DNA of 64,000 bases, taken from assembly GCA_965228895.1 (NCBI GenBank), contig OZ245842.1, positions 1,248,001-1,312,000 on the forward strand. Direction: 5' to 3'. The position numbers and the translations under genes are program-made. Below, one piece after another: positions 40,282 through 50,679 of the stretch. The notes below the pieces were generated by a model. It worked only from the letters and a program-made list of their open reading frames with translations. It made no database searches and was not told where the DNA came from. Each line of letters begins with the position of its first letter. Within the stretch, counting starts at the first letter, position 1. This DNA comes from Alphaproteobacteria bacterium (lineage in GTDB: Bacteria; Pseudomonadota; Alphaproteobacteria; SP197).

Positions 40282-41142
40282 CTAGTTCGCTGTCTGCAGG
40301 AAGGAGCGGCCGACAAGCCGATGACGCAGATAAGACGAAATCTGGTCGATCGTCATGATGGTCAGGAACAGCAGGACGAAAAGGGCGGAGGTCTCGGCGC
40401 CCTGGCTCCAGCTGATCGCTTTCCTGAGTTCCTGGCCGATACCGCCGGCGCCGACGAAACCCAGGATGGCCGACGCGCGAATGTTAATCTCAAAGCGCAA
40501 CAGCGCGTAGCTGACATAGTTCGGCATCACCTGGGGCAGCACACCGAAGCGCATGCGCTGGAACCATGTCGCGCCCGATGCGGTGAGGCCGTCGAGCGGA
40601 CCGTAGTCGATGTTCTCGTTGACCTCGGAGAACAGCTTGCCCAATGCGCCGGATGTGTGGAACGCGATGGCGATCATGGCCGGCACCGGGCTGGCGCCCA
40701 GGACAAAAATCAGGAACAGCGCGATGATCAATTCCGGAAAGGCGCGTGTGATATCCATCATGCGCCGCGCGACGGGAACAAGCATCGGAAAGGGGCTAAG
40801 GTTCTTTGTTGAGATGAACGCCAGGATCACCGCGAAACAGGTGCCGAAGAGAGTCGCGACCGCGGCCATGTTGATGGTGTCGATCAAGGACGGCACGTTC
40901 TTGCCGAGCATGCCGAACCAGGCGCTGCCGGCTTCGAAACTTTCTTCGACGACGGCGGTCGGATAGTCGAAGAACTGGCTGAGCCCGTTGATGAAGCTGC
41001 CGGAGTTCATGTCCTCGGCAACAATGAAGCTGCCGATGAAGAGGACCACGAAGATGGCCGCGAACAGGCCGCCATACATCCGCCGCTTGCGCTCCAATTG
41101 CGCGATATGGCTGGTTAGCTGATCGACAGTCGTGGTGGACAT
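40282..41142 (-). CDS. phnE: Phosphonate ABC permease PhnE
   Basis: RAFPELIIAL, GKLFSEVNE, RFEINIRASAILGFVGAGGIG. Confidence 0.92.
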   Translation of the reverse strand: MSTTTVDQLTSHIAQLERKRRMYGGLFAAIFVVLFIGSFIVAEDMNSGSFINGLSQFFDYPTAVVEESFEAGSAWFGMLGKNVPSLIDTINMAAVATLFGTCFAVILAFISTKNLSPFPMLVPVARRMMDITRAFPELIIALFLIFVLGASPVPAMIAIAFHTSGALGKLFSEVNENIDYGPLDGLTASGATWFQRMRFGVLPQVMPNYVSYALLRFEINIRASAILGFVGAGGIGQELRKAISWSQGAETSALFVLLFLTIMTIDQISSYLRHRLVGRSFLQTAN

Positions 41143-41172
41143 GGGCGCTCTGGCGTGTCTGGAAGCCAAGAT

Positions 41173-41201
41173 GAAAGCCGGACGGAGACCGCCCGGCTTT
41201 C
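41173..41201 (-). terminator. Intercistronic stem-loop after phnD (attenuator or mRNA stabiliser)
   Basis: GAAAGCCGGGCGG-TCT-CCGTCCGGCTTTC on the minus strand, 13-bp stem with one G-U pair. Confidence 0.55.
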
Positions 41202-41215
41202 CCTTAGGCGTTGGC

Positions 41216-42127
41216 TTATCCGCCGATCTTCTTTTCTCGCGCCGCCACGATGCTCTCGTAGAAGGTATGGTCGGTCGGGATGATGTCCTGGATCTCGCCG
41301 CCCATCACGCCATAGGCGCAATCGGGGTCGTTCTCCGGCAGATCGGCCATCAGCGCCGTGACTCGATCCTTAACGTCCTGGGGCAGCTCCGTACGGACGA
41401 CGACCGGACCGTTCGGGATTTCCTTGGAGCGCCAGATCTCGGTCATTTCGGTCATGTCGACCAGGCCGGAATCGACGGCCTTGCGGAACGCGCCGTTGTT
41501 GAAGCCTTTCTCCCAGTCGCCCTGGCCGTCGGCCCAGGAGACGCCGGCGTCATAGTCGCCGTTGAAGACGCCGATGATGGTCTGCTCATGACCGCCGGCA
41601 AAGGCGATCTGACCGAAGTACTCACCGTCTTCCATGGAATAGCCGGATTGCGGGATCTCGATCGAAGGGATCAGGTAACCGGACGTCGAGTTGGGATCGC
41701 CGAACGCGAAGACCTTGCCTTCCATTTCTTCCAGCGAATCGATGTCTGAATCGATGCGCGCGAAACCAATTGAATAATAACCCGTGGTGCCATCCGGATT
41801 GACGGGGACCAGGACCGGCGTCACGGAGTCGGGATCTTCCAGATAGGCCTTGGCATAGCCGGAGGCACCAAGCCAGGCGAGGTCCAGGTTGCCGCCGATC
41901 AGGCCTTCGATGACGCCGTCATAATCCGCCGGCGCAAACAACTCGGTGGGAACGCCAAGTTCTTCCTCGACGGCGATGCGCAGGCACTCGTTGCTGCGCA
42001 GGCGGTCGTTCTGGTTCTCACCGCCCAGAATGCCAATGCGGAACTCGGTGATCGCCTCCTGTGCCAATGCCGGGGAAACGATGGTCGCGGCAAGGGCGGC
42101 GGCTGCCAGTGTGTGCATGATCTTCAT
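41216..42127 (-). CDS. phnD: Phosphonate ABC substrate-binding protein PhnD (PhoD type)
   Basis: Signal peptide, FRIGILGGEN, DYDGVI, DPNSTSGYL.P, GGHE, IPNGP; AAGGAG RBS. Confidence 0.92.
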   Translation of the reverse strand: MKIMHTLAAAALAATIVSPALAQEAITEFRIGILGGENQNDRLRSNECLRIAVEEELGVPTELFAPADYDGVIEGLIGGNLDLAWLGASGYAKAYLEDPDSVTPVLVPVNPDGTTGYYSIGFARIDSDIDSLEEMEGKVFAFGDPNSTSGYLIPSIEIPQSGYSMEDGEYFGQIAFAGGHEQTIIGVFNGDYDAGVSWADGQGDWEKGFNNGAFRKAVDSGLVDMTEMTEIWRSKEIPNGPVVVRTELPQDVKDRVTALMADLPENDPDCAYGVMGGEIQDIIPTDHTFYESIVAAREKKIGG

Positions 42128-42170
42128 GACTGTCTCCTTGATCGTGGTGGATGGGTTGTTGTTGATGCTG

Positions 42171-43049
42171 CTAAACCGCGATGGCTGCCGGTTGTTCGTG
42201 GTCAACGATCCCTGGCTGCGCAACGCTCGTCGGCGGCAGGGACGTTGATGTCGTGGCTTCGTCAAACTCCTTGCCGGCGCCATAGATCTCGCGCGCGGCG
42301 TCGACGGTCAGCTCGTCGGCGGTGCCGTCGAACACGATACGGCCGGCGCTCATGCCGATGATGCGGTTGCAGTAGGTCCGGGCCGTATCCAGCGTATGCA
42401 GATTGCAGATGACGGTGATGCCTTCTTCTTCGTTGATCCGGCGCAGCGCTTCCATGACGTGCTTGGCATTAAGCGGATCGAGCGAGGCAATCGGTTCGTC
42501 GGCCAAGATGATCTCAGGCTCTTGCACCAGCGCGCGCGCGATGGCCACGCGTTGCTGCTGGCCACCCGATAGCGTGCCGGCTTTTTGCAGGGCCGTATCG
42601 ACAATGCCGAGACGCTCCAGGGCCAAGAGGGCCAGGCGCCGATCATCGTCGGAGAACAGGGAGAAAACGGTTCTGAGCGTACCCAGCTTGCTGATGCGCC
42701 CCAGCATGACGTTGGTTAGAACATCCAGGCGAGGCACCAGGTTGAACTGCTGAAAGATCATCGCGCAGCGGCTTCGCCAGTCCAACAGGCTGGAGCCGCG
42801 CAACGCGCTGACATCGATGTCGCGAAACGTGATGCGACCCTCTGTCGGGTCGGTCAGGCGATTGGTGAGGCGAAGCAGAGTCGACTTACCGGCGCCAGAG
42901 CGACCGATGATGCCAAGCATCTGCCCTTCGGGCACCTGAAGCGTGACATCGTTGACGGCCTTGACGTCACCGAACGCTTTGGTGATCGAGGTATACGTGA
43001 GGGCCGACATAACGTCATCGGCAGCCCGACCATTGCCGCTTGGTCCCAT
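42171..43049 (-). CDS. phnC: Phosphonate ABC ATP-binding protein PhnC
   Basis: [49 protein letters not shown]. Confidence 0.94.
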   Translation of the reverse strand: MGPSGNGRAADDVMSALTYTSITKAFGDVKAVNDVTLQVPEGQMLGIIGRSGAGKSTLLRLTNRLTDPTEGRITFRDIDVSALRGSSLLDWRSRCAMIFQQFNLVPRLDVLTNVMLGRISKLGTLRTVFSLFSDDDRRLALLALERLGIVDTALQKAGTLSGGQQQRVAIARALVQEPEIILADEPIASLDPLNAKHVMEALRRINEEEGITVICNLHTLDTARTYCNRIIGMSAGRIVFDGTADELTVDAAREIYGAGKEFDEATTSTSLPPTSVAQPGIVDHEQPAAIAV

Positions 43050-43145
43050 GAACTCCCCCTGTCACGTTGTGTCGGCTGCCCGTCCGCTTCTCGCGTTTCG
43101 ATTGGCATCCGCGCCCGTGTCAGGGGTCAGCTATAGTCGAGGGCC

Positions 43146-43236
43146 ATGACGTTTTGTTAAGGGGTTTGTGACAGAGATATGCACGATTTGATTCGCTCCA
43201 CCGATCGACAATCAGCGGTCGAAGTGGTCTAGACGA
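43146..43236 (-). promoter_or_regulatory. phnC1 promoter region with Pho-box-like half-sites and PhnF-like palindrome
   Basis: Minus strand CTGTCAC and ACGTCAT 22 bp apart (43146-43174); TGGTCTAGACGA at 43225-43236. Confidence 0.55.
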
Positions 43237-43268
43237 CCCCAACCTAAACGTATGAAACGGCGAGATTT

Positions 43269-44417
43269 CTAGTAAGCCTGTCGCCCGCAGGTCCAAACGG
43301 TGATCGCGGCGGGAAGGTCGTCAACGACACGAACACGAACCAGATCCGCGCGCTGACCGGGCGCGATCTCGCCGCGGTCGTCCAGGCCGACCACGCGGGC
43401 CGGTTTGCACGACGCAAGCGCGACGGCCGTGGGCAGATCATATCCGAAATCGGATGCCGTCAGCCGAAACACACCCGACAGCATGCTCGACATGATGTAG
43501 TCGGACATAAGCGCGTCCAGAAGACCGAGCCGGGCAAGTTCGCCGGTTGCGACATTGCCGAAATGGGAGCCGCCGCGTACGAGATTGGGGCCACCCATCA
43601 ACACCGCCATGCCGTTTTCATGGGCCGCGCGCGCCGCAGCTTCTGTGGTCGGGAATTCCGCGATCTCGATACCCAGTTCGAGCGCCTCAGTCACGTGCTC
43701 CGTCGTCTCATCGTCGTGGCTGGCGACGACACGGCCGTGATCGTGCGCCATGGCCGAGACCGACTTGCGCATTCCAGGCGCGACAGTCTTGGAGCGCTCC
43801 ATCATCTCTTCGATTTCGCGGTCCGCCTCTTCTTCGGACATGCCGCGCGTGCCAATCAGCCACGTGTTGCGGTAGTAATCGATCTCCTTCATCTGACGGT
43901 GGCCCGGCGCGTGGTCCATGACGGAAATCAGCCGCACCAGCGGGTCGGCGATGCGCGGCTCCAGCAGGTTGACGACTTCGGGGTCGGTGACTTCGCAGCG
44001 CAGATGGACAAGGTGCTCTGCCCGCAGCAGTCCGTGCCGTCGGGCCTCGGCCAATCCCATCATCATCTGGGTCAGACTCTCGTTCTGCGCCGGGCGTGTC
44101 ACGCTGTCACCGACGCACAACGCGTCGAACACGGTCGTGATGCCGGCCGCAATCACCGTGGCGTCATGGGAAACCGCCGCGCTGATCGGGTTCCATTTAA
44201 CACCCTTGCGCGGTTCCAGGTGGCCTTCCAGGCTATCGGTATGCAGGTCGACCAAGCCTGGAATGAGGAAATCACCTTCCAGGTCGATCGAGGCTGCGCC
44301 ATTCGCGCGTCCCTCGTCGACCGAGGCGATGATGCCATCGGTGATCTGGACGGTGCCCGACACGACTTGGTCGGGCAGCACCATGCGGGCGTTGGTTAGG
44401 ACGGTGTCATAACTCAT
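43269..44417 (-). CDS. phnM: Alpha-D-ribose 1-methylphosphonate 5-triphosphate diphosphatase PhnM
   Basis: [49 protein letters not shown]. Confidence 0.93.
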   Translation of the reverse strand: MSYDTVLTNARMVLPDQVVSGTVQITDGIIASVDEGRANGAASIDLEGDFLIPGLVDLHTDSLEGHLEPRKGVKWNPISAAVSHDATVIAAGITTVFDALCVGDSVTRPAQNESLTQMMMGLAEARRHGLLRAEHLVHLRCEVTDPEVVNLLEPRIADPLVRLISVMDHAPGHRQMKEIDYYRNTWLIGTRGMSEEEADREIEEMMERSKTVAPGMRKSVSAMAHDHGRVVASHDDETTEHVTEALELGIEIAEFPTTEAAARAAHENGMAVLMGGPNLVRGGSHFGNVATGELARLGLLDALMSDYIMSSMLSGVFRLTASDFGYDLPTAVALASCKPARVVGLDDRGEIAPGQRADLVRVRVVDDLPAAITVWTCGRQAY

Positions 44418-45112
44418 GCTGCCGACCGGTGTTCGCGGAGATCAAAGACGCGATCGGCGACTTTTTCACGAACCTGGCGGTCATGAAAGATGCCGACGAT
44501 GGCGGCGCCACGATCGCGCGCTTCGCCAATCAAACTCAGAACCGCGTCCCGGTTGTCGGCATCCAGCGACGCCGTCGGCTCGTCCAGCAGCAGGATCGGA
44601 TAGTCGACCGCAAAACCGCGCGCGATGTTGATGCGCTGCTGTTCGCCGCCCGAGAACGTCGCCGGCGCCAAGTCGTGAAGCTCTTCGGGTATGTTGAGGC
44701 GATTGAGCAGGCTGCGTGCGCGCGCGACGGCCTGGTCCGGCGGATGCCCCAGGGCACGGGCGGGCTCGGCAACGATCTCCAGGCTTGAAACCCGCGGTAT
44801 GGCGCGCAGGAACTGGCTGACATAGCCGACGGTCTCGCGCCGAATCTCCAGGATCTCGCGTGGTTCGGCGGTTACCAGATCGACCATGGTGTCGCGGTGA
44901 CGCACCATGACCTTGCCGCCGTCCGGCAGGTAATTGCCGTAGAGCGAACGTAACAGCGTCGACTTGCCGGCGCCGGACGGGCCGTGCAGCGCCACGCATT
45001 CGCCTGCGTTGATGTCAAAGGCCAGATCGTTCAGCACGGGGATGTGGGTGCCAGCCTGGAGATGGAGGACGAAGGTTTTCGCGAGATCCTCGACGTGGAT
45101 CATGGTCGTCAT
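44414..45112 (-). CDS. phnL: C-P lyase system ATPase PhnL
   Basis: [45 protein letters not shown]. Confidence 0.95.
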   Translation of the reverse strand: MTTMIHVEDLAKTFVLHLQAGTHIPVLNDLAFDINAGECVALHGPSGAGKSTLLRSLYGNYLPDGGKVMVRHRDTMVDLVTAEPREILEIRRETVGYVSQFLRAIPRVSSLEIVAEPARALGHPPDQAVARARSLLNRLNIPEELHDLAPATFSGGEQQRINIARGFAVDYPILLLDEPTASLDADNRDAVLSLIGEARDRGAAIVGIFHDRQVREKVADRVFDLREHRSAA

Positions 45113-45124
45113 GGGCTGTCTCCC

Positions 45125-45913
45125 TTATGCCTGCAGCACCGATGAAACGAGCAGTTGCGTATAGGGATGGTGGGGATCGTCGAGCACCTGGTCGGTCAGG
45201 CCATGCTCGACGGCTTCACCATCCTTCATGACCATCAGGCGATCGGCGAGCAGCCGCGCGACAGCCAGATCGTGGGTGACGATGACGGCGGAGATCCCGG
45301 TGTCGCGCACCAGTCCGCGCAACAGATCGAGCAGGCGGGCCTGGACCGAAACATCAAGGCCGCCGGTCGGTTCGTCCATGAAGACCAGACGTGGCTTGAC
45401 GACCAGGGTCTTGGCGATCTGCAGGCGCTGCTGCATGCCGCCGGAAAAGGTGGCGGGCACATCATCGATACGCCCGGGGTCCATTTCCACACGGCCAAGC
45501 CAGTCGTTTGCCGCGGCGCGGATGTCACCATAGTGGCGGGCACCGTTCATCATCAGCCGTTCGCCGACATTGCCGCCGGCGCTGATTGTCATGCGCAGAG
45601 CATCGCGCGGGTTCTGGGTTACGAAACCCCAATCCGTGCGCATCAGCATGCGCCGCTCGGGTTCCGACAGCGTGTAGATATCGGCAAGACCGCGATCGCG
45701 CGTCTCGTAGCGCACGCGCCCGGCGCTAGGCTGCAGCCGGCCCGCCAGGCAGTGCAGCAAGGTCGTCTTGCCAGACCCCGACTCGCCGACAACCCCCAAC
45801 ACCTCGCCGGGATAAAGGTGGAAGCTCACGTCGTCGCAGGCGGTGATCCGGCCGAAGCGTTGGGTTAGACCCTCGACGCTTAAAAGCGGCGAACTGTCGA
45901 TCGAGCCGTTCAT
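45125..45913 (-). CDS. phnK: C-P lyase system ATPase PhnK
   Basis: GESGSGKTT, RTDWGFV.Q, GARHYG, FSGGMQQRLQIA, MDEPTGGLDVSVQARLLD. Confidence 0.96.
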   Translation of the reverse strand: MNGSIDSSPLLSVEGLTQRFGRITACDDVSFHLYPGEVLGVVGESGSGKTTLLHCLAGRLQPSAGRVRYETRDRGLADIYTLSEPERRMLMRTDWGFVTQNPRDALRMTISAGGNVGERLMMNGARHYGDIRAAANDWLGRVEMDPGRIDDVPATFSGGMQQRLQIAKTLVVKPRLVFMDEPTGGLDVSVQARLLDLLRGLVRDTGISAVIVTHDLAVARLLADRLMVMKDGEAVEHGLTDQVLDDPHHPYTQLLVSSVLQA

Positions 45914-46812
45914 AGCGCGGCCTCCGGCGCGTCGTCAGCCTGGGGCCCGACATGGCCGTTATCACGCCGGCGCCGGCAATAGTCGCTGTCGGAGCAAACG
46001 AACATCCGCCCGCCCTGGTCGTCCAGGATGACCTCATCCAGAAAGCTGTCTTCGGCGCCGCACAGGCCGCAGACGTCGTCCCAGCGTTGCACATCGAACG
46101 GATGATCATCGAAATCGAGACTCTTGACTTCGGTATAGGGCGGGATGGCGTAGAGCCGTTTCTCGCGACCGGCACCGAACAGTTGGAGCGCCGGCATACG
46201 CTTCATTTTCGGATTGTCGAACTTGGGGATAGGGGAAGGTGCCATTAAGTAGCGACCATCGACCATGACCGGGTAGTCATAGGTGATCGCGATATGACCC
46301 CAACGCGCGACTTCTTCGTAAAGTCTGACATGCATGACGCCGTACTCTGACCAGGCATGCATCTTCCGGCATTCGGCTTCGCGTGGTTCAAGCGGCCGCA
46401 AGGGCTCAGGGATAGGCACCTGGTAGACGATGATCTGATCGTCGGTGAGCGTCATTTCCGGTATCCGGTGGCGGGTCTGGATGATACTCGCCTTGTCCGT
46501 TTCTTCGGTCGTCTCAACCCCGGCAACACGCGCAAAGAAGCGGCGGATGCTGACCGCGTTGGTCGTGTCGTCGGCGCCTTGATCGATCACCTTCAACGTG
46601 TCGTCGGGGCCAACGATGCTGGCCGTGACCTGAATGCCGCCGGTGCCCCAACCATAGGGCAGGGGCATCTCGCGGCTGCCGAACGGGACCTGATAACCGG
46701 GAATGGCGACGGCCTTGAGCAGACCGCGACGGATCATCCGCTTCGTCTGTTCGTCCAGGTAACCGAAGTTGTAGGCGCCGTCGGTGTCGGACGCGGTTTG
46801 CGGCTGGCTCAT
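45910..46812 (-). CDS. phnJ: C-P lyase radical SAM/glycyl radical subunit PhnJ
   Basis: YNFGYLDEQTKRMIRR, PGYQVPF.SREMP..YGWGTGG, CGLC-x21-CSDSDYC. Confidence 0.97.
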   Translation of the reverse strand: MSQPQTASDTDGAYNFGYLDEQTKRMIRRGLLKAVAIPGYQVPFGSREMPLPYGWGTGGIQVTASIVGPDDTLKVIDQGADDTTNAVSIRRFFARVAGVETTEETDKASIIQTRHRIPEMTLTDDQIIVYQVPIPEPLRPLEPREAECRKMHAWSEYGVMHVRLYEEVARWGHIAITYDYPVMVDGRYLMAPSPIPKFDNPKMKRMPALQLFGAGREKRLYAIPPYTEVKSLDFDDHPFDVQRWDDVCGLCGAEDSFLDEVILDDQGGRMFVCSDSDYCRRRRDNGHVGPQADDAPEAAL

Positions 46813-47915
46813 TCTGCTGCCTCTTGCTCAGGCGCGTTGGCGGCTTGTTCGCGCTCGCGGCGTAGGCGACGCACCAGCTCCAGCTCCGACTGGAAGTCGA
46901 CGTAATGGGGCAGCTTCAGATGTTGGACGAAGCCGGAGGCCTCCACGTTGTCGGCGTGATAGAGCACAAACTCCTGATTCTGAGCGGGATATCCGACTTC
47001 CTCACCCAGTTCTTCGGCGCGCAAGGCGCGATCGACCAGGGCCATTGCCATCGACTTTCGTTCGGCTTGGCCGAAGGACAAACCGTAGCCGCGCGTAAAC
47101 TGCGGCATGTGTTCCTCGTCGCCCTGGAACTGGTTGACCAGTTCGCACTCGGTCACCGTGATCTCGCCCATATCGATCGGAAAGTCGAGCTCATCGGGTG
47201 TCAGTTCGATCGACACCTCGCCCATGCGGATCTCGCCGGCAAACGGATGGGTACCGCCGAAGCCGCGCTGGGTCGAGTAACCGAGCGCCAGGAGAAAACC
47301 CTCATCGCCGCGCGCCAGGTTCTGCAGGCGCACGTCGCGGTCAGCGGGAAAGCGCATGGGATCGCGGGTGATGTCGCCGATGTCACCGGCGTCTTCTCCG
47401 TCGTCGACCGGTTCGATCAGGCCCTCATGACCAAGAATGTCGCTGACCCGTGGCATCGAATCGTCCTGGTGACCGCATGCGGCATAGGCCGTCGGCCGTT
47501 CTGCGTCGGTATCCAGCAGCTCGAAGTCCAGCAGGCGGTGCGTGTAGTCATAGGTCGGGCCCAGCACCTGGCCGCCCGGCAGGTCCTTGAACGTTGCGGA
47601 GATGCGGCGGCGGACATCCATGGCGCCCGTGTCGATCGGTTGGGTGGCGGCGAAACGCGGCAGGGTCGTGCGATAGGCGCGCAGCAGGAAGATCGCCTCG
47701 ACGAGGTCGCCTTGGGCTTGTTTGATCGCAAGCGCGGCGAGTTCGCGGTCATAAAGCGAACCCTCCGTCATCACGCGATCGACCGCATGGCCAAGCTGAT
47801 TGGCGATCTGATCGACGCCGATTTCCGGGATATCCCGGTCGCCGCGCCTTTCCTCGGCCAACAGGTTATGCGCATTGCTGATAGCGGTCTCGCCGCCCTT
47901 GACGGCTACGTACAT
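46809..47915 (-). CDS. phnI: C-P lyase complex subunit PhnI
   Basis: MYVAVKGGE.AI, RRISATFKDLPGGQ.LG.T.DY, GFVQHLKLPHYVDFQ. Confidence 0.96.
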   Translation of the reverse strand: MYVAVKGGETAISNAHNLLAEERRGDRDIPEIGVDQIANQLGHAVDRVMTEGSLYDRELAALAIKQAQGDLVEAIFLLRAYRTTLPRFAATQPIDTGAMDVRRRISATFKDLPGGQVLGPTYDYTHRLLDFELLDTDAERPTAYAACGHQDDSMPRVSDILGHEGLIEPVDDGEDAGDIGDITRDPMRFPADRDVRLQNLARGDEGFLLALGYSTQRGFGGTHPFAGEIRMGEVSIELTPDELDFPIDMGEITVTECELVNQFQGDEEHMPQFTRGYGLSFGQAERKSMAMALVDRALRAEELGEEVGYPAQNQEFVLYHADNVEASGFVQHLKLPHYVDFQSELELVRRLRREREQAANAPEQEAAE

Positions 47916-48520
47916 GCGGGAACCTCGGTCTTGGTGGTGCGCGGCAGACAAGTGACGGCATCCCGGCTGCTCAGGATCACGTCGACGCCAAGCGGAAACA
48001 ATGTCCGGTTCATCGCCATCCAATCCCAGAAGTCGTCGGGCAGACTGGTTGGCGTCACGGTTGTGCGCCCGTCAATGCCGGGGCCGCTCAAACCGATGGC
48101 CGGGCCCTCGTCGAGCGCGGGAACCTCGATCACGACGGTCGTCGAACTGTCGGGATAGGTGTCGCTGCCAACGGCAAAGCGGTCGAGGGACGGCATCGCA
48201 GATGGTTCGCCCACAATGGCAAACGCGGCGTCCGCCGGCTCACCGGTGATCGGGCAACCGCAGTGAAAGGCAAGAAAAGACAAGGCCTCGTTGCTGGCGG
48301 CATGGTTATCCAACCAAAGCGGCGTGTCGTGGTCGAACAGCGTCAGGGCGACGGCGGCGGCCGCCAGCGACAGGGGCGGTGGCGCCTCCAGGTTGACGGA
48401 TAGCGGCACAACGGTGCCGGGCCGCGCCATGGCGTCCAGCAGACCACGGAATGTGCGTTGCGCATCAAAGACCGGCTCGGAGAAACCAGGCAAAGGTGCC
48501 TGGGCAAGTTGGTTTGTCAC
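47906..48520 (-). CDS. phnH: C-P lyase complex subunit PhnH
   Basis: GF..PV.DAQ..FR.LL.AMARPG, FHCG, G...YPD.S.T, L.GPGI, FPLGVD, LPRTT. Confidence 0.94.
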   Translation of the reverse strand: MTNQLAQAPLPGFSEPVFDAQRTFRGLLDAMARPGTVVPLSVNLEAPPPLSLAAAAVALTLFDHDTPLWLDNHAASNEALSFLAFHCGCPITGEPADAAFAIVGEPSAMPSLDRFAVGSDTYPDSSTTVVIEVPALDEGPAIGLSGPGIDGRTTVTPTSLPDDFWDWMAMNRTLFPLGVDVILSSRDAVTCLPRTTKTEVPACT

Positions 48521-48990
48521 GGCCTTTCTCGCCCGGTTGCCATAGTGAAGAAGTCGACCCGGGTGGCGGCTGTCTTGTTGCGCGCCTCCCGCTGTCTTTC
48601 GTCCTGGGCCCGTGCCAAAGGGCGAATGATCGACCGATCGATTTCGTCGTGGCGCTGTGGATCCTGCATCAAGGCATCAATCAGCGCGGCGAGTTCGCAA
48701 TGACGGTGGTCGCGCCCCCGGATGTAAGCGACGCCCATAATGCCGTCGCCGACATTTACGGCACACCGTGTGACCGTCATCTCACCCAGGTTAAAGGGTT
48801 TGCCCGACCCGCCGGCGCGTCCGCGCACCATGGTCATGCCGGTTTCAGGCCGGCGAACCCAGTTGTGCTCGGGTTGTTGTTGAAGGTTGTCCCACGCAGC
48901 CGAAAGCTCGCGGCTGTCGGCCTTGGCAAGGACACTCATCCAGTATCGCCGATCGGCTTGGGCCTCGGTCATTTCAGGTGCTGTGCTCAT
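48517..48990 (-). CDS. phnG: C-P lyase complex subunit PhnG
   Basis: R..WMSVLAKA, R.PE.G..MVRGRAGG.G..FNLGEMTVTR, AATRVDFFTM; the ORF-track N-terminal extension is antisense to nothing functional and overlaps phnE. Confidence 0.94.
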   Translation of the reverse strand: MSTAPEMTEAQADRRYWMSVLAKADSRELSAAWDNLQQQPEHNWVRRPETGMTMVRGRAGGSGKPFNLGEMTVTRCAVNVGDGIMGVAYIRGRDHRHCELAALIDALMQDPQRHDEIDRSIIRPLARAQDERQREARNKTAATRVDFFTMATGRERP

Positions 48991-49005
48991 CGCTGTCGCG
49001 CCAAA

Positions 49006-49028
49006 TTCATCTAGACGTCTATATAAAC
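49006..49028. promoter_or_regulatory. Tandem PhnF-like operator immediately upstream of phnG
   Basis: TTCATCTAGAC followed by GTCTATATAAAC, 16-38 bp before the phnG ATG. Confidence 0.6.
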
Positions 49029-49052
49029 TGATACGATCATCGGCACAATCGA

Positions 49053-49868
49053 TTACATGATCTTTCGCCGTAACCAGGCGCTCAGTTGCTCGACAACCAG
49101 AACCAGGACAAAGATGCTGAGAATGATGGTGGCGGCCTGTCCGTAGGCGAACATGTCCATGGCGACTTTCAGTTCGATGCCGATGCCGCCGGCGCCGACC
49201 AGGCCGAGCACCACCGACGATCGTGTTGCCTTCTCCAGGCTGAACAAGGACGTGTTGACGAAGGACGGCATGGCGGCGGGCAGCACGGCGCAAAAGACGG
49301 TGCCGGTCCGGCTAGCGCCGCTGCCGCGCAAGGCCTCCTGTGGGCCGTCATCGACCTCTTCCATGGCCTCGGCGAAGAAACGGCCGCAGAAACCTATCGT
49401 GTCGATCATGATCGCGAGCGTGCCGGCGAACGGACCGAGTCCGACGGCGATGACGAAGAACAGGGCCCACACGAGGTCGGGCACCGTGCGGAACAGGGAG
49501 ATCAGGCTGCGCACCGCCAGATAGACAACTCGGTTCGGTGTCTGACGGCGCGAGGCAAGAATCGCAAGCGGCACGCTGAGCGCGACGCCGAGGACCGTGC
49601 CGACCACCGCCATCTGGAATGTTTCGAGCAACGACCAGCCGATCGATCCGAGACGTGAGATGTCCGGCGGCATCATGCTCATGAACATGCGGGCCATGCC
49701 GGGAACGCCGTCGATCAGCTCGCTGAACGACAAACCGACATCGTTCATGGACACCAGGACAAAGGCGGCGACCAGAACGAGCAAGACGAAGGTAAGCGGG
49801 TTGGGGCGGGTGAACCGGCGCGGCATGGCCTGACGCGAAGGCGACACGGCGGTGAGACCGTCAGCCAT
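49053..49868 (-). CDS. phnE: Second-system phosphonate/phosphite ABC permease PhnE
   Basis: RTVPDLVWAL.F, GLGPFAG, GRFFAEAME, R.S.VLGLVGAGGIG. Confidence 0.9.
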   Translation of the reverse strand: MADGLTAVSPSRQAMPRRFTRPNPLTFVLLVLVAAFVLVSMNDVGLSFSELIDGVPGMARMFMSMMPPDISRLGSIGWSLLETFQMAVVGTVLGVALSVPLAILASRRQTPNRVVYLAVRSLISLFRTVPDLVWALFFVIAVGLGPFAGTLAIMIDTIGFCGRFFAEAMEEVDDGPQEALRGSGASRTGTVFCAVLPAAMPSFVNTSLFSLEKATRSSVVLGLVGAGGIGIELKVAMDMFAYGQAATIILSIFVLVLVVEQLSAWLRRKIM

Positions 49869-50679
49869 AGATCGTTTCCAGGTCTTCGGCGCGCTGGCCC
49901 TGGGCCGTACAATCCAATTCCAACCGGCCACCGCGCAGACCGACGATCCTGTCGGCGTAATCGACGGCGTGACGCAGGTTATGGGTGGTGAAAACGAGGG
50001 TCAGGCCCTGGCTGCGCATCAGATCCGACAACAGCGCCATAACTTCTTCGCCGGCGATTGGGTCAAGGCTTGCGACGGGTTCGTCCGCCATGACCAGCTC
50101 GGGCCGCTGCATCAGCATGCGGGCGATCGCGACGCGCTGCGACTGTCCGCCGGAAAGCTGATCGGCGCGCTGTTCGGTGACGTGGGGCAGGCCGACCCGC
50201 TCGAGACACGAATAGGCCTCGCGCCGGAGGTCGGCAGGCGCCACGGCCTGATGCCAGCAGCGCGGCCCGCCACCGCGTCCCAGCGCCCCGTGCAGGACGT
50301 TGGTCAACGAGGTTAGGCGCGGCACCAGGTTATGGCGTTGGAACACGAAGCCGACACGGCTTCGGATCTTTCGCAGTTCACGCGCCTTGGCGCTTGTGGC
50401 GTCGTGCGAAAGAAGACTGATACGACCGCCATCCGGCTCGATCAGCCGCAGACAGCAGCGCAGCATCGTCGATTTGCCGGTGCCGTTGGCGCCGATGACG
50501 GCCAGCGCCTGGCCGCGCGGCACCTGAAGGTCAAGGTTGTCCAGGATCGGGCTGCCGGTACCGAAGCTCTTTGTTAGACCTTTGATGACGAGGTCATCGG
50601 CAACAACGGCGGCGGCCCCGGCCGGTTCGACCGGGACCGCCGTCGATGGTGTGTCCTTGGTAAGGGCAGCCAGTGCCAT
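49861..50679 (-). CDS. phnC: Second-system ABC ATP-binding protein PhnC
   Basis: [39 protein letters not shown]; TGATG coupling with phnD2. Confidence 0.9.
   Translation of the reverse strand: MALAALTKDTPSTAVPVEPAGAAAVVADDLVIKGLTKSFGTGSPILDNLDLQVPRGQALAVIGANGTGKSTMLRCCLRLIEPDGGRISLLSHDATSAKARELRKIRSRVGFVFQRHNLVPRLTSLTNVLHGALGRGGGPRCWHQAVAPADLRREAYSCLERVGLPHVTEQRADQLSGGQSQRVAIARMLMQRPELVMADEPVASLDPIAGEEVMALLSDLMRSQGLTLVFTTHNLRHAVDYADRIVGLRGGRLELDCTAQGQRAEDLETIYG

Noticed and set aside
46905-48158. Long antisense ORFs (e.g. 46905..48158 +, 30755..32176 -, 60630..61772 -, 20268..21227 +, 34626..35579 +)
   Set aside because: They overlap well-supported genes on the opposite strand, lack motifs, and are expected in high-GC DNA.
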